In this document: in pieces, positions 29,213-38,432 of the stretch | How the letters are laid out: each line of letters starts with the position of its first letter | Position numbering within the stretch: the first letter of the stretch is position 1 | Position numbers and translations under genes: made by a program | The notes under the pieces: model-generated | The model's database searches: none | Told to the model about the DNA's origin: nothing | Seen by the model: the letters and a program-made list of their open reading frames with translations, nothing else | Origin: an uncultured bacterium | Lineage (GTDB): Bacteria > Planctomycetota > UBA1135 > GCA-002686595 | Length of the DNA stretch: 64,000 bases | Assembly: GCA_943787795.1 (NCBI GenBank) | Contig: CALSNU010000001.1 | Coordinates: 768,001 to 832,000, forward strand | Direction of reading: 5' to 3'

Positions 29213-30046
29213 ATGGAACCGACCATGAGCCAGACTGATCAATCGCACGTCGCGGACAGCCCCCTCCGGATCGGAGCGGACGTCTCCATGGCCTCTCGCT
29301 TGCTGGTGGGGACCGGCAAGTACGCGAGCTTCGCGGAGACCGCGAGGGCCCTGGAGATCAGCGGCACGGAGATGGTCACGGTCGCCGTTCGTCGCGTGAA
29401 CCTCGACCCCTCCAAGGGCGAGTCGCTGCTCGACCACGTGGACCGCGACCGCTACCACCTGCTCCCGAACACCGCGGGCTGCTACGACGTGGACTCAGCG
29501 CTGCGGACGGCCCGTCTCGCGCGCGAGCTGCTGGACACGCCTCTCGTGAAGCTGGAGGTGCTCGGTGACCCGAAGACCCTGCTCCCCGATCCGATCGGGA
29601 CCCTCGAGGCCACCAAGGTCTTGGTGGAGGAGGGCTTCACGGTGATGGTGTACTGCTCGGACGATCCTCGGATGGGCGTGCGCCTCGCCGAGCTCGGGGC
29701 GGCGGCGGTCATGCCTGCGGGCTCTCCGATCGGGTCGGGGCAAGGGGTGCTCAACCCCAACGCGATCAGGATCCTCATGGAGCTGATCGATGTCCCGGTG
29801 ATTGTGGACGCCGGTGTGGGCACGGCGTCGGACGTGGCGCAGTGCATGGAGCTCGGCGCGGAAGGCGTCCTGCTCAACACTGCGATCGCTGGCGCACGGG
29901 AGCCCCTGCGTATGGCCGCGGCCATGCGGGATGCCTGCGCCGCGGGCCGTCAAGCCCACCTGGCCGGGCGGATTCCCCGGCGGCTCTATGCGAACGCCTC
30001 CTCTCCGGAGGAAGGGCTGATCGAGGAGGCGGGGCCGCGCTCCTAG
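29213..30046 (+). CDS. thiG: Thiazole synthase
   Basis: [34 protein letters not shown] and [10 protein letters not shown]. Confidence 0.96.
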   Translation: MEPTMSQTDQSHVADSPLRIGADVSMASRLLVGTGKYASFAETARALEISGTEMVTVAVRRVNLDPSKGESLLDHVDRDRYHLLPNTAGCYDVDSALRTARLARELLDTPLVKLEVLGDPKTLLPDPIGTLEATKVLVEEGFTVMVYCSDDPRMGVRLAELGAAAVMPAGSPIGSGQGVLNPNAIRILMELIDVPVIVDAGVGTASDVAQCMELGAEGVLLNTAIAGAREPLRMAAAMRDACAAGRQAHLAGRIPRRLYANASSPEEGLIEEAGPRS

Positions 30047-30048
30047 GG

Positions 30049-30928
30049 ATGGGGCACCCGCTCCCTCTGGCGATCGCGTCACTCGCGCAGGCATCCGAGG
30101 AGGCCGTCGAGATGACGGCGACCCAGGGCTTCGTCGTGGCAGCGCTGCTGCTGGGGGTCGGGGTCTCCCTGGTCCCGCTCATGCGCAGAGCGAGCGCGTG
30201 GTTGCTGGGCGCGACGCCGGAGCGCGCGGCGGGGTTCCGTCCGACGGACCTCCTGATCGTTGCCCTGGCCTTCATCCTCAGCCAGGTCCTGGTCGTCGAG
30301 ACCTACCGCCTTTGGGTCGGGGTGAAGGAGCTGGACATCGAGTCCCTCGGGGTGATTCCAGCCCTTGGCCTGAGCGTGGCGTCCCAGGGGCTCGCGGCGG
30401 GGGTGGTCCTCGTGCTCGCCCTTCGGCGGGAGGGCGGCGCGGCCACCCTCGGGCTATGCGCCCTGACGCCCGGGGCGCGGGGGGCCTTTGCCGGCGTCTG
30501 CTATCTGCTGTCGATCCCGACGCTCATGGGCCTCGGTGCTCTGACCGCGGCGATCTCTGCCGCCCAGGGGGAGGGGCCCCCGGTCCAGGGCGTCGCTGTC
30601 CTCGTGGGGGAGGGGCTGGCCGAGAATCCGCTGCTGATCGGCGCCATGGTCGCCCTCGTGATCCCGCTCCTCGAGGAGATCCTGTTCCGAGGCTTCCTCC
30701 TGGAGATGCTCGTCTCCAGGGCCGGCGCGGCGGTCGGGGTCGTGGCGTCATCTGCGCTCTTCGCGCTCTTGCACGGCACCTCGGTCTTCCTCCCTATCTT
30801 TGGGCTGGCGCTCGTTCTCGCCTGCGTGAAGCTCCGGACACGAAGCCTGGGCGCCGCCTGGGCGATCCACGCGCTCCACAACGGCGCGACGACGTTCTTC
30901 ATCGTCTCGGGAGGACTCCCGGCTGTAA
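30049..30928 (+). CDS. CPBP (Abi/CAAX-like) intramembrane glutamic endopeptidase; as sequenced it reads through in frame into the gamma-CA gene
   Basis: Multiple TM helices with LLEEILFRG, FALLH and IHALHN motifs. The end given is an off-frame TAA at 30926-30928 that becomes in frame if one G of 30909-30911 is removed. Confidence 0.75.
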
Positions 30929-30933
30929 TCCCC

Positions 30934-31440
30934 ATGGCTGAGTACCCAAGGCAAGGCCTGTTTCGAAGGCTGGAGGGCGGCGGTGCCGCCGCGACCAACG
31001 CGACCCTCACGGGCTTGATTGAGCTGGGTGAGGACGTCAGCGTATGGTTCGGCTGCGTGCTGCGAGGCGACGACGCGCCGATCCGGGTCGGCGCCCGGAC
31101 GAACATCCAGGACCTGACCATGATCCACGCCGACGTGGACGTCCCCAACGTGATCGGTGCGGACGTGACGATCGGCCACCGCTGCGTGCTGCATGGCGCG
31201 CAGGTGGGAGATCGGTGCCTCATCGGCATGGGCGCGATCCTCCTCGGCGGCTCCGTCATTGGCGAGGAGTCCATCATCGGCGCGGGCGCCGTGGTGAAGG
31301 AGGGCATGGTCATCCCGCCCCGCTCCCTGGTGGTCGGCGTCCCCGCCAAGGTCGTGCGGGAGATCGACGAGCAGGCGGTGGCAGCCATCCGCCGCAGCGC
31401 GCAGGGGTACGTGGAGAAGTTCAGCCAATACCTGGGCTGA
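30934..31440 (+). CDS. Gamma-class carbonic anhydrase family protein (YrdA/CaiE-like, hexapeptide repeats)
   Basis: SVWFGCVLRGD, TNIQD..MIH and TIGHRCVLHG (three His ligands), IPPRSLVVGVPAK. Own ATG at 30934. Confidence 0.88.
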   Translation: MAEYPRQGLFRRLEGGGAAATNATLTGLIELGEDVSVWFGCVLRGDDAPIRVGARTNIQDLTMIHADVDVPNVIGADVTIGHRCVLHGAQVGDRCLIGMGAILLGGSVIGEESIIGAGAVVKEGMVIPPRSLVVGVPAKVVREIDEQAVAAIRRSAQGYVEKFSQYLG

Positions 31441-31449
31441 GGCGGCGCG

Positions 31450-32253
31450 ATGGGGGAGCAAGACATCACCGTATCGGAGCCTTACGAGCGCAAGCTGGAG
31501 GCTCTGGACCGCACGCTCGCGGGCTTCGGTCGCGTGGCCGTCGCGTTCTCCGGCGGCGTGGACTCCACGGTGCTCCTGCACGCGGCGCGCCGTGTCCTGG
31601 GCCGTGAGTGTGGCGTCGCGGTCATCGCCGACTCGCCGTCGCTTCCGCGGGCAGAGCTCGTGGACGCGCGCCAGATCGCGGCGGCGCTGGACGTCTTGCT
31701 GGAGGAGGTCCGCACGGGGGAGGGGGACGACCCGCGCTACCGCGAGAACGCGGGGAACCGGTGCTACTTCTGCAAGGCGGCGCTGTTCGACGCCATGGGA
31801 GAGTTCGCCGCCCGCGAGGGGTTCGAGGTGCTCGCCTTCGGTGAGATCGTAGACGACTGGGGTGACCACCGGCCCGGCGCGATGGCAGCCCGTGAGTACG
31901 GGGTGGTGGCCCCGTTGAGCGGCGCGGGATTCAGCAAGGAGGACGTCCGCCGCTACGCCGCGGAGCACGGGCTAGAGGTCGCGGACAAGCCGGCCTCGGC
32001 CTGCCTCGCGTCGCGGATCCCGGTGGGGACAGAGGTCACGCCTGAGCGGCTCTTGACGGTCGAGCGCGCGGAGGCGGCCCTGCGAGAGCTCGGGATCCGG
32101 GTGCTGCGGGTGCGTCACCACGGGGCGCACGCCCGCGTGGAGGTCGGGGCCGACGAGCTGGAGGCCTGCCAGGGGATGGTGCCGCAGATCGAGACAAGGC
32201 TCATCGAGAGCGGCTTCGAGAGCCACGAGCTCGCCGTCTACGGGCAGGGGTGA
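31450..32253 (+). CDS. larE: LarE-family ATP-dependent sulfur transferase (PP-loop)
   Basis: AFSGGVDS, NRCYFCK, DHRPG..AA.E, KPASACLASRIP and RVRHHG..ARVEV. Confidence 0.85.
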   Translation: MGEQDITVSEPYERKLEALDRTLAGFGRVAVAFSGGVDSTVLLHAARRVLGRECGVAVIADSPSLPRAELVDARQIAAALDVLLEEVRTGEGDDPRYRENAGNRCYFCKAALFDAMGEFAAREGFEVLAFGEIVDDWGDHRPGAMAAREYGVVAPLSGAGFSKEDVRRYAAEHGLEVADKPASACLASRIPVGTEVTPERLLTVERAEAALRELGIRVLRVRHHGAHARVEVGADELEACQGMVPQIETRLIESGFESHELAVYGQG

Positions 32254-32305
32254 GGCCCCGCGGGGCGCGCTCGGGGACCACCGAACGGTGAAACCCCAAA
32301 TCCAT

Positions 32306-32333
32306 TTGACAATGCGAGTTCCTAGGGTATTCT
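32306..32333 (+). promoter_or_regulatory. Putative sigma70 promoter for the pilin cassette
   Basis: TTGACA (32306-32311), 16-bp spacer, TATTCT (32328-32333), in a rare AT-rich patch ~130 nt before the first pilin gene. Confidence 0.55.
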
Positions 32334-32465
32334 CGCACGCCTCGCGGCGCGGATCGAGTTGGCGCTCGCCGTCGTGTCATCCCGGGGCCTCATATTGAAG
32401 CGTCCACCGCTCCGCTTGGAGCGCTGGATGGGCACCGGAGCGGCCCTTGGGGGGGCTGTGCCCAG

Positions 32466-32960
32466 ATGAACTCGACCGCACCCACCGCCTCGGGCAGGTG
32501 GACCCAACATCGACGCGCGCCATGGCGCGACGGAGACCGCAGCAGGCTGCGGTCGGCCAGGGCGCTTCGTGTCCGCTCGGGGTTCACGATGATCGAGCTC
32601 CTCGTCGCGATCACCATCCTCTTGATCTCCCTCGCCGCCGCCTTCGGTAGCCAGGTCGCGAGCTTCGGCCTCATCGACTCCAGCCGCGACTCGACGCTGG
32701 CCATGACGGAGCTCGAGCGGTGCATGGAGGAGGTGCTCACCAAGTCGAGCGACAACATCCCCGTGGACTATCCCGCGGGGGAGCCGATCTCGGGGTACGA
32801 CGACGTTCGCCTCCGGCAGCAGTCCATCGTGCCGAGCTTCCCGGGCTACTCGGGAGGCGGGTCGATCCCTGATCCGCTCGAGGTGGTCCTGGAGGCCACA
32901 TGGCTGGATTCGCGCGGTCGCTTGCAGCGGCTCAACCTGACGACCCAGGTGGCGAGGTGA
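32466..32960 (+). CDS. Type IV minor pilin/pseudopilin (PilV-like)
   Basis: Class III signal RSG|FTMIELLVAITILLI (G-1, F+1, E+5). Start uncertain. Confidence 0.82.
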   Translation: MNSTAPTASGRWTQHRRAPWRDGDRSRLRSARALRVRSGFTMIELLVAITILLISLAAAFGSQVASFGLIDSSRDSTLAMTELERCMEEVLTKSSDNIPVDYPAGEPISGYDDVRLRQQSIVPSFPGYSGGGSIPDPLEVVLEATWLDSRGRLQRLNLTTQVAR

Positions 32961-32964
32961 GCCG

Positions 32965-33780
32965 ATGATGTGTCCGAATCGAACAACGGGGGAGCGCCAG
33001 CGCGGCAGCCGCGGCTTCACGCTCCTCGAGATGATCCTGGGGGCCACGGTCCTCGCGCTCCTCGCGAAGACGATGATCAGCGCCACCACGAGCGTGAGCC
33101 ACCTGACCGAGAGCGGGAACCTGGAGTCGCGAATCCAGCGAGACAGCGACCGGGCGATGGGGCGGATCATGGAGGACCTGCGCATGTCCGGCTTCCATAC
33201 GGTCAATGGGCGGGCGTACCCGCACGTCTTCCTGAACGGTGAGCCGGACTCGGAGTTCCGCGAGTTCGAGCATACCCCCGCGCCGCAGGCCGCCGCTCCG
33301 GGGGAGGCCGCTCATGGACCCATGTGCTCGATCGTCCTCTGCGCCCCGAGCGACCTGGACGGGAACGGGCGGCCTGAGATCGATGTGGACGGCGACGGGA
33401 CCCCGGAGCTAGATGGGAACGGTGACGGATCGGTCTCCGATGAGCCCGAGGATGTCCTGGGGATCTGGGATGAGCAATCGCACACCATCAGCGCCCGGTC
33501 ACGGCTGGTCTGGTCCCACGAGGACATCGCCTACATGGTGATCGAGTCCGCGGCGGGCGAGAACGAGCTGGTTCGCCTCGTCTCCAACGGCGAGGGCGGG
33601 CGAGAGGTCCTGGCGCGCTCTGTGGAGCGCCTGACCTTCGAGACCTCCCAGCCGGGCGCGGCGAGCGTGTCGGCCGGCACGGTCCGGGTCCGGATCGACT
33701 TTCGCGCCACCACGGAATCCGGGCACCTGTTCCGGACCCACTCCGAGGCGCTGGTGAGGTTGAGGAACAACAACGGCTGA
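32965..33780 (+). CDS. Type IV minor pilin/pseudopilin (PilW/PulJ-like) with DxDGxG loops
   Basis: SRG|FTLLEMILGATVL; DLDGNG, DVDGDG and LDGNGDG; ends EALVRLRN. Confidence 0.82.
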   Translation: MMCPNRTTGERQRGSRGFTLLEMILGATVLALLAKTMISATTSVSHLTESGNLESRIQRDSDRAMGRIMEDLRMSGFHTVNGRAYPHVFLNGEPDSEFREFEHTPAPQAAAPGEAAHGPMCSIVLCAPSDLDGNGRPEIDVDGDGTPELDGNGDGSVSDEPEDVLGIWDEQSHTISARSRLVWSHEDIAYMVIESAAGENELVRLVSNGEGGREVLARSVERLTFETSQPGAASVSAGTVRVRIDFRATTESGHLFRTHSEALVRLRNNNG

Positions 33781-33876
33781 GGCGGCCACGCCGTGTCTCC
33801 GAGCGGAGGCACGGGGGGACCGCGGCCAGGCAACACCGCGCGCCGAGGGCGGCGCGTGGAACATCGAGGGCATAAC

Positions 33877-35676
33877 ATGAAGTTGATTCGAACGAGAAAG
33901 GGAGTCGCCTCGCGGCGGGGCGTCGCGCTCATCTACGCGGTCTTTGGCAGCTTCGTGGTGGCCAGCATGGTCTCGGTCATGTTCACCATGGCTGGGGTTA
34001 GCGATCGGCAAGCAGCGGTCCATAACGGCCAGACGAGGGGCCGTTACCTGGCTGAGGGCGCCCTGCGGGTCGTCGCCAAGGAGCTCCAGAACGACCTGGC
34101 GAACTGGAAGGCCCCGACGCTCAGCGGCACCAAGGTGGTCGGTGGGGAGCAGGTCGAGTTCACCGTGACGGCCCTCGGGGAGCAGGTCACCACGACCAAC
34201 GAGTCGGGGATCTCGAACCTCGTTCAGCCCTACGAGCTCGAGACTCGAGTTCGGGTGGACGGCGTGCGGCAGCGGGCGCACCGGATCGTCAACGCGACCT
34301 GGACGCCGCTCTTCCAGTTCGCGGTCTTCTATAACAGCGACCTGGAGGTCCACGCCGGGCCCAACATGACCCTGCGCGGCCGAGTGCACTCCAATCGGGA
34401 CATGTATCTGGGTGGCGGCAACACGATCACGCTGGACACCAACTACGTCCACGCCGTTGGCGGGGTCTTCCGCTACAAGAAGCGCGACGGCACGGCGGCG
34501 GGCGGCAACGTGGACATCCGGCGCTGGGTGGAGAACCCCTTCGACCCCTCGGCGCCGTCGGAGTTCGAGCGAATGCTCAGCCGCGCGCAGCTGCCCGTCT
34601 CCAGCACCTCGGGCTACGACAGCAACTACAGGGACGGCCTCGATCTCGACGGCGACGGGCTCTTCACCGGCCCGGGCGAGTGGCTGCCCTTCGAGTTCGG
34701 TGCGGCCGAGCTGTGGAGCCCGCCCTCGGGGTACGAGGAGGGCTATGGCCAAACCGTGATGACGGGGCAGCACGGCGTCGAGGAGGCCGTGACCCCCCCG
34801 ATCGGGTCCATCCAGATGTACGAGTCCGTCGAGGGAGGGTCTTACGAGCTCGACGCCAACACGGGTGAGTACTCGTTCGTCGGCCCCGGCCTCGGGGACC
34901 ATGACAGGGGCTTCTACCACGAGAACGCAGGCCTCTCCATCATTGCAGACAGCTCGGGCTACGGGTTCACCGTCTATGACGCCGAGGGGAACGACGTGAC
35001 CATGGAGGTCGCGGACGCGATCAGCCTCGATTCCGTCCCCGACATGCGTCAGTCCAACGGGGGCTCCACGGACGTCGAGACGATCCAGCTCGACCTCGGC
35101 CTGCTCGCAGACTCCGGATACTTCCCGGACAATGGCCTGGTCTACGCGGCCCACGAGGCGCTCGGCACGGGCACCGACGCGAGCGGCCTAATGCTCACCA
35201 ATGGGTCGGAGCTGGCGTCCGCCCTGACGGTGGTCTCTCCGTCCTCGGTCTACGTTCATGGTGACTACAACGTGGTCAACAAGCAGGGGGCATCCATCAT
35301 CGGTGACGCGGTCAACCTGCTCTCGAACGCCTGGGACGGGAGCAAGGCTCCGGGGACTCTGCCGAGCGCGAGCGAGACCAGCTTCAACTTCGCCATGGTC
35401 ACCGGCTCCTACGATAGCGTGCCCGGCCGCTACAGCGGTGGCCTTGAGAACCTGCCGCGCTTCCACGAGAACTGGAGCGGGGTGGCCTGCAACATCTCCG
35501 GGAGCTTCGTGAACCTGTTCGACAGCCAGCACGCTACGGGCGACTGGCGCTACGGCAGCGACCGCTACAGGGCGCCCATCCGAGCGTGGCAGTACGACGA
35601 CGACTTCAATGACCTCGGTTCACTCCCCCCGTTCACGCCGATGGCGGTCGAGACGGTGGACATCGTGGCCTGGTAA
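33877..35676 (+). CDS. PilX/GspK-like pilin with a large C-terminal domain
   Basis: RRG|VALIYAVF (no E+5, as in PilX), GRYLAEGAL, PLFQFAVFY, GRVHSN, GGLENLPRFHENW and PPFTP. ATG at 33877. Confidence 0.78.
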   Translation: MKLIRTRKGVASRRGVALIYAVFGSFVVASMVSVMFTMAGVSDRQAAVHNGQTRGRYLAEGALRVVAKELQNDLANWKAPTLSGTKVVGGEQVEFTVTALGEQVTTTNESGISNLVQPYELETRVRVDGVRQRAHRIVNATWTPLFQFAVFYNSDLEVHAGPNMTLRGRVHSNRDMYLGGGNTITLDTNYVHAVGGVFRYKKRDGTAAGGNVDIRRWVENPFDPSAPSEFERMLSRAQLPVSSTSGYDSNYRDGLDLDGDGLFTGPGEWLPFEFGAAELWSPPSGYEEGYGQTVMTGQHGVEEAVTPPIGSIQMYESVEGGSYELDANTGEYSFVGPGLGDHDRGFYHENAGLSIIADSSGYGFTVYDAEGNDVTMEVADAISLDSVPDMRQSNGGSTDVETIQLDLGLLADSGYFPDNGLVYAAHEALGTGTDASGLMLTNGSELASALTVVSPSSVYVHGDYNVVNKQGASIIGDAVNLLSNAWDGSKAPGTLPSASETSFNFAMVTGSYDSVPGRYSGGLENLPRFHENWSGVACNISGSFVNLFDSQHATGDWRYGSDRYRAPIRAWQYDDDFNDLGSLPPFTPMAVETVDIVAW

Positions 35677-35721
35677 ACGCCCCGCTTGTGCGTGGGGGCG
35701 CGCCGCGTCGCCCAAATGACC

Positions 35722-35757
35722 GCCGGCCCGCGCTTCCTCAAGGAGGCGCGGGCCGGC
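35722..35757. terminator. Strong hairpin between convergent genes (likely bidirectional terminator)
   Basis: GCCGGCCCGCGCTTCC-TCAA-GGAGGCGCGGGCCGGC, a 16-bp stem with one G-U pair and no long U tract. Confidence 0.6.
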
Positions 35758-35776
35758 TCATTGGTGACCTCTCGGC

Positions 35777-38311
35777 TTACTGGAAGGTCACGGAGTAGCC
35801 GCGCGAGAAGTTCGACGTGTTGCCCGGGTTCTGATCCCGATACCAGCACTGGAAGTTCCATGTCTCACCCGGGAGGGCGGGGACCGTCATCGTCGGCTGC
35901 GGGATGGCGCCCGTGTCCACGGTGATCGAGAAGCTGCCGAGGAAGCCCGAGTTCCCGACCTGCCCGAGGTAGCGGCCGGCGTTGGAGCCGACGCACAGGT
36001 TGCCCTGGCTCCCGCCGGGGTTCGTGATGAAGGTCTGGTTACGGGAGACGATGAAGTAGCCGCTCGAGAGGAACGGCAGGTCGACCACGGTGAGGGTCAG
36101 GTTGTTGAGGGCGACCTCAGCGGAGCCGGAGCCAATGATGGTGGCCGCGCGGCCGCTGGAGTTGGTGACGGCGTCGCAGTAGAGCGTGCCGATGCCGTCG
36201 CCGCAGTTGACGTCGGCGATCTCGAAGTCGTCGATAGCGGCCTCCACGATGGACCCTGAACCGAGGTCCGAGGCGATGAAGCGCATGCGCATCTGGGACG
36301 TGGGCGTGACGACGCTGGAGACCCGGAAGACATTCTGGATCCAACCGCCTGCGGTACCGGATCCATCTGGACCGACGCTCTCCACGAGGCTCCAGGAGGA
36401 GCCGCCGTTGTTGGAGATCTCGACCACAAAGACGTCGGCGTTCGGCGACGCACCCTGGTCGTTGGAGTACCAGCGGTAGTAGGAGACCGTCGGATCGTTC
36501 AGCGCCGACATGTCGATGATCGGGGTCAGCAGGGTCGTGCTGCCGCCGTCCACGTCGTTCGTGCCAATGCTGCCGCCCGGGTTGCCCTGGCCGGTGAACC
36601 AGCACTGCGCGCCGATGACCGAGTGGTCGTCCTCGGGCTGCGCCGAGGTCCCGACGGGGTTACCGCGTTCCCAGATGCCGGTCGTGGCGTCGTCGCCCGG
36701 TGCGCCTGAGACCCAGCCTGCGGCGCTCTCCATGTTGTCGGACCGCGCGACGGTGAGAGAGTCACCAGCGATCGACGAGTAGGAGGACGAAGGGGCTGAC
36801 GACGGCGCGTTGACCGTCTGTCCGGTCTGCGAGGTCGCGGAGATGAAGTAGGAGACCTGCGCGCCGCAGGGGAGCGGCGGGAACGCGGCCGAGTAGAACG
36901 AGCCGCCGTTGGCCACGAGCGGGACGGTGGTCGGGCCGCTCCCGATGTCGTAGGTCAGCGTGGGGGACGAGGGGTCGAGGGAGCCAGGGATCAGCTCGTT
37001 GATGACCACGGGGATGGTGCCCCCGGATGGGTCGATCGTGGCGGGCTCACCCTGCGCGAGGGCGATCGAGAGCTCGGGCGGACCGAAGCGCAGGACGAAC
37101 AGGCCGGACTCGATGTCGCTGCCGATGATCGTCCCGCTGGGGAAGCCGACGTAGCAGCTCCAGAGCCCGTTGAAGGAGGCGTTGCTGGAGTTCGGCGCGG
37201 TGTCGAAGAAGCCGACCTCGGGGGGGGAGTTCAGGCTCTGGTTCAGGTCGAAGGCCCTGATCCCGGAGGTGTAGTTGGCCTGGAACAGGATCCCGTCCCG
37301 CTCGTACATGTTGTGCCCGATCGCGGCGTTGCCGTTGTCGAAGGCGCCGATGTAGGAGGCGTTGCCCGGGTCGGACACGTCGAAGACGCGGGTGGTCGTG
37401 GTGCTCACGGTCGAGCCCTCATCGAGCTCGTCGCCGAGGTAGAAGCGGGTCCGGTCGTTGGAGAGCCAGCCCTGGTGGCTGTAGGCGCGAGCCGGGTAGG
37501 AGACCTGCGAGAGGACGACCGGATTGCTCTTGTTCGTCACGTCGACGATGGTGAGCCCGGTGTCCGTCTGGCCGCCGTTCAGGCCGCCACAGCAATACGC
37601 GATCTCACGGCCGGCATAGGGGCCCGTGGTGTAGGTGACGATCTGTGCGTCGTGGACGTAGCGCTGCGACCAGGAACCCACGTACTGGGGGTTCGAGGGG
37701 TTGGCGAGGCTGTAGATGCGAAGGCCCTCGCTCCCGCCGCCTGTGCGATAGAGGAAGCCGCTGACCTCGTCCAGTGCGACGTTGTGGGTGGCGTTGGTGC
37801 CAGGGCCCGTCACCGTGTTCTCGAGGTTGACCACGCCAGCGTCGACGTTGGTCAGGTCGATGACCTGGATGCCGCTTCCGCCCTCGGAGACGGCGTAGGC
37901 ACGGGAGCCGTAGACCTTGATGTCCCGCCAGGTGCTGTTCGGGCCGCTGATGGTCTCGACGAGCGTCGGGAGCGTCGGGTTCGACACCTCGACGATCGCG
38001 GTCCCCTGGGTGGTCAGCATCAGCGCGTACTCACGCCCGGACGGCGAGGTGTAGCCCCAGCAGTCGTTGCCGTTGGCGCCGCTGAAGCCGAGGTCGCTCA
38101 AGGTCATCCAGGACTGGAGCGTGAAGTTGTCGGCGGGGAACCCGAGGGAGGCGGCCGCGGTCAGGGCGCTGAGGCCCTGGGCGTTGGTGGCCGCCGTGAA
38201 CCCTGTCCCGGGGACCGGCGGCTTCCGGTCGAGGATCTTGGGGTCGTCGTCGTGAAGTAAGGCCGGGGCCGATGTGGAGAGCGTGAGCGCGGCGAGGATG
38301 GGGAAGATCAT
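35777..38311 (-). CDS. Secreted choice-of-anchor B / LVIVD-repeat beta-propeller protein with Ig-like, jelly-roll and Cys-containing C-terminal domains
   Basis: Signal peptide; NDCWGY....GREYA, WRDIKVY, THN, YVHDAQ, YSHQGWL, GDELDE, GHN and QANYTSG; C-terminal YCDAVTNSSG...GNLC...WNFQCWYRD. Confidence 0.8.
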   Translation of the reverse strand: MIFPILAALTLSTSAPALLHDDDPKILDRKPPVPGTGFTAATNAQGLSALTAAASLGFPADNFTLQSWMTLSDLGFSGANGNDCWGYTSPSGREYALMLTTQGTAIVEVSNPTLPTLVETISGPNSTWRDIKVYGSRAYAVSEGGSGIQVIDLTNVDAGVVNLENTVTGPGTNATHNVALDEVSGFLYRTGGGSEGLRIYSLANPSNPQYVGSWSQRYVHDAQIVTYTTGPYAGREIAYCCGGLNGGQTDTGLTIVDVTNKSNPVVLSQVSYPARAYSHQGWLSNDRTRFYLGDELDEGSTVSTTTTRVFDVSDPGNASYIGAFDNGNAAIGHNMYERDGILFQANYTSGIRAFDLNQSLNSPPEVGFFDTAPNSSNASFNGLWSCYVGFPSGTIIGSDIESGLFVLRFGPPELSIALAQGEPATIDPSGGTIPVVINELIPGSLDPSSPTLTYDIGSGPTTVPLVANGGSFYSAAFPPLPCGAQVSYFISATSQTGQTVNAPSSAPSSSYSSIAGDSLTVARSDNMESAAGWVSGAPGDDATTGIWERGNPVGTSAQPEDDHSVIGAQCWFTGQGNPGGSIGTNDVDGGSTTLLTPIIDMSALNDPTVSYYRWYSNDQGASPNADVFVVEISNNGGSSWSLVESVGPDGSGTAGGWIQNVFRVSSVVTPTSQMRMRFIASDLGSGSIVEAAIDDFEIADVNCGDGIGTLYCDAVTNSSGRAATIIGSGSAEVALNNLTLTVVDLPFLSSGYFIVSRNQTFITNPGGSQGNLCVGSNAGRYLGQVGNSGFLGSFSITVDTGAIPQPTMTVPALPGETWNFQCWYRDQNPGNTSNFSRGYSVTFQ

Positions 38312-38432
38312 GTTCGGAGAACTGAGCTGGCGAGCGGGGGGCGAGCTTGGGCCCCTAAAAGCTACCTCGAACCCCCAGGAGGGGAGCGGGCGACGCTGGG
38401 GGATGGCTGTAAAGGAGGGGGCGGCGTTTCGA

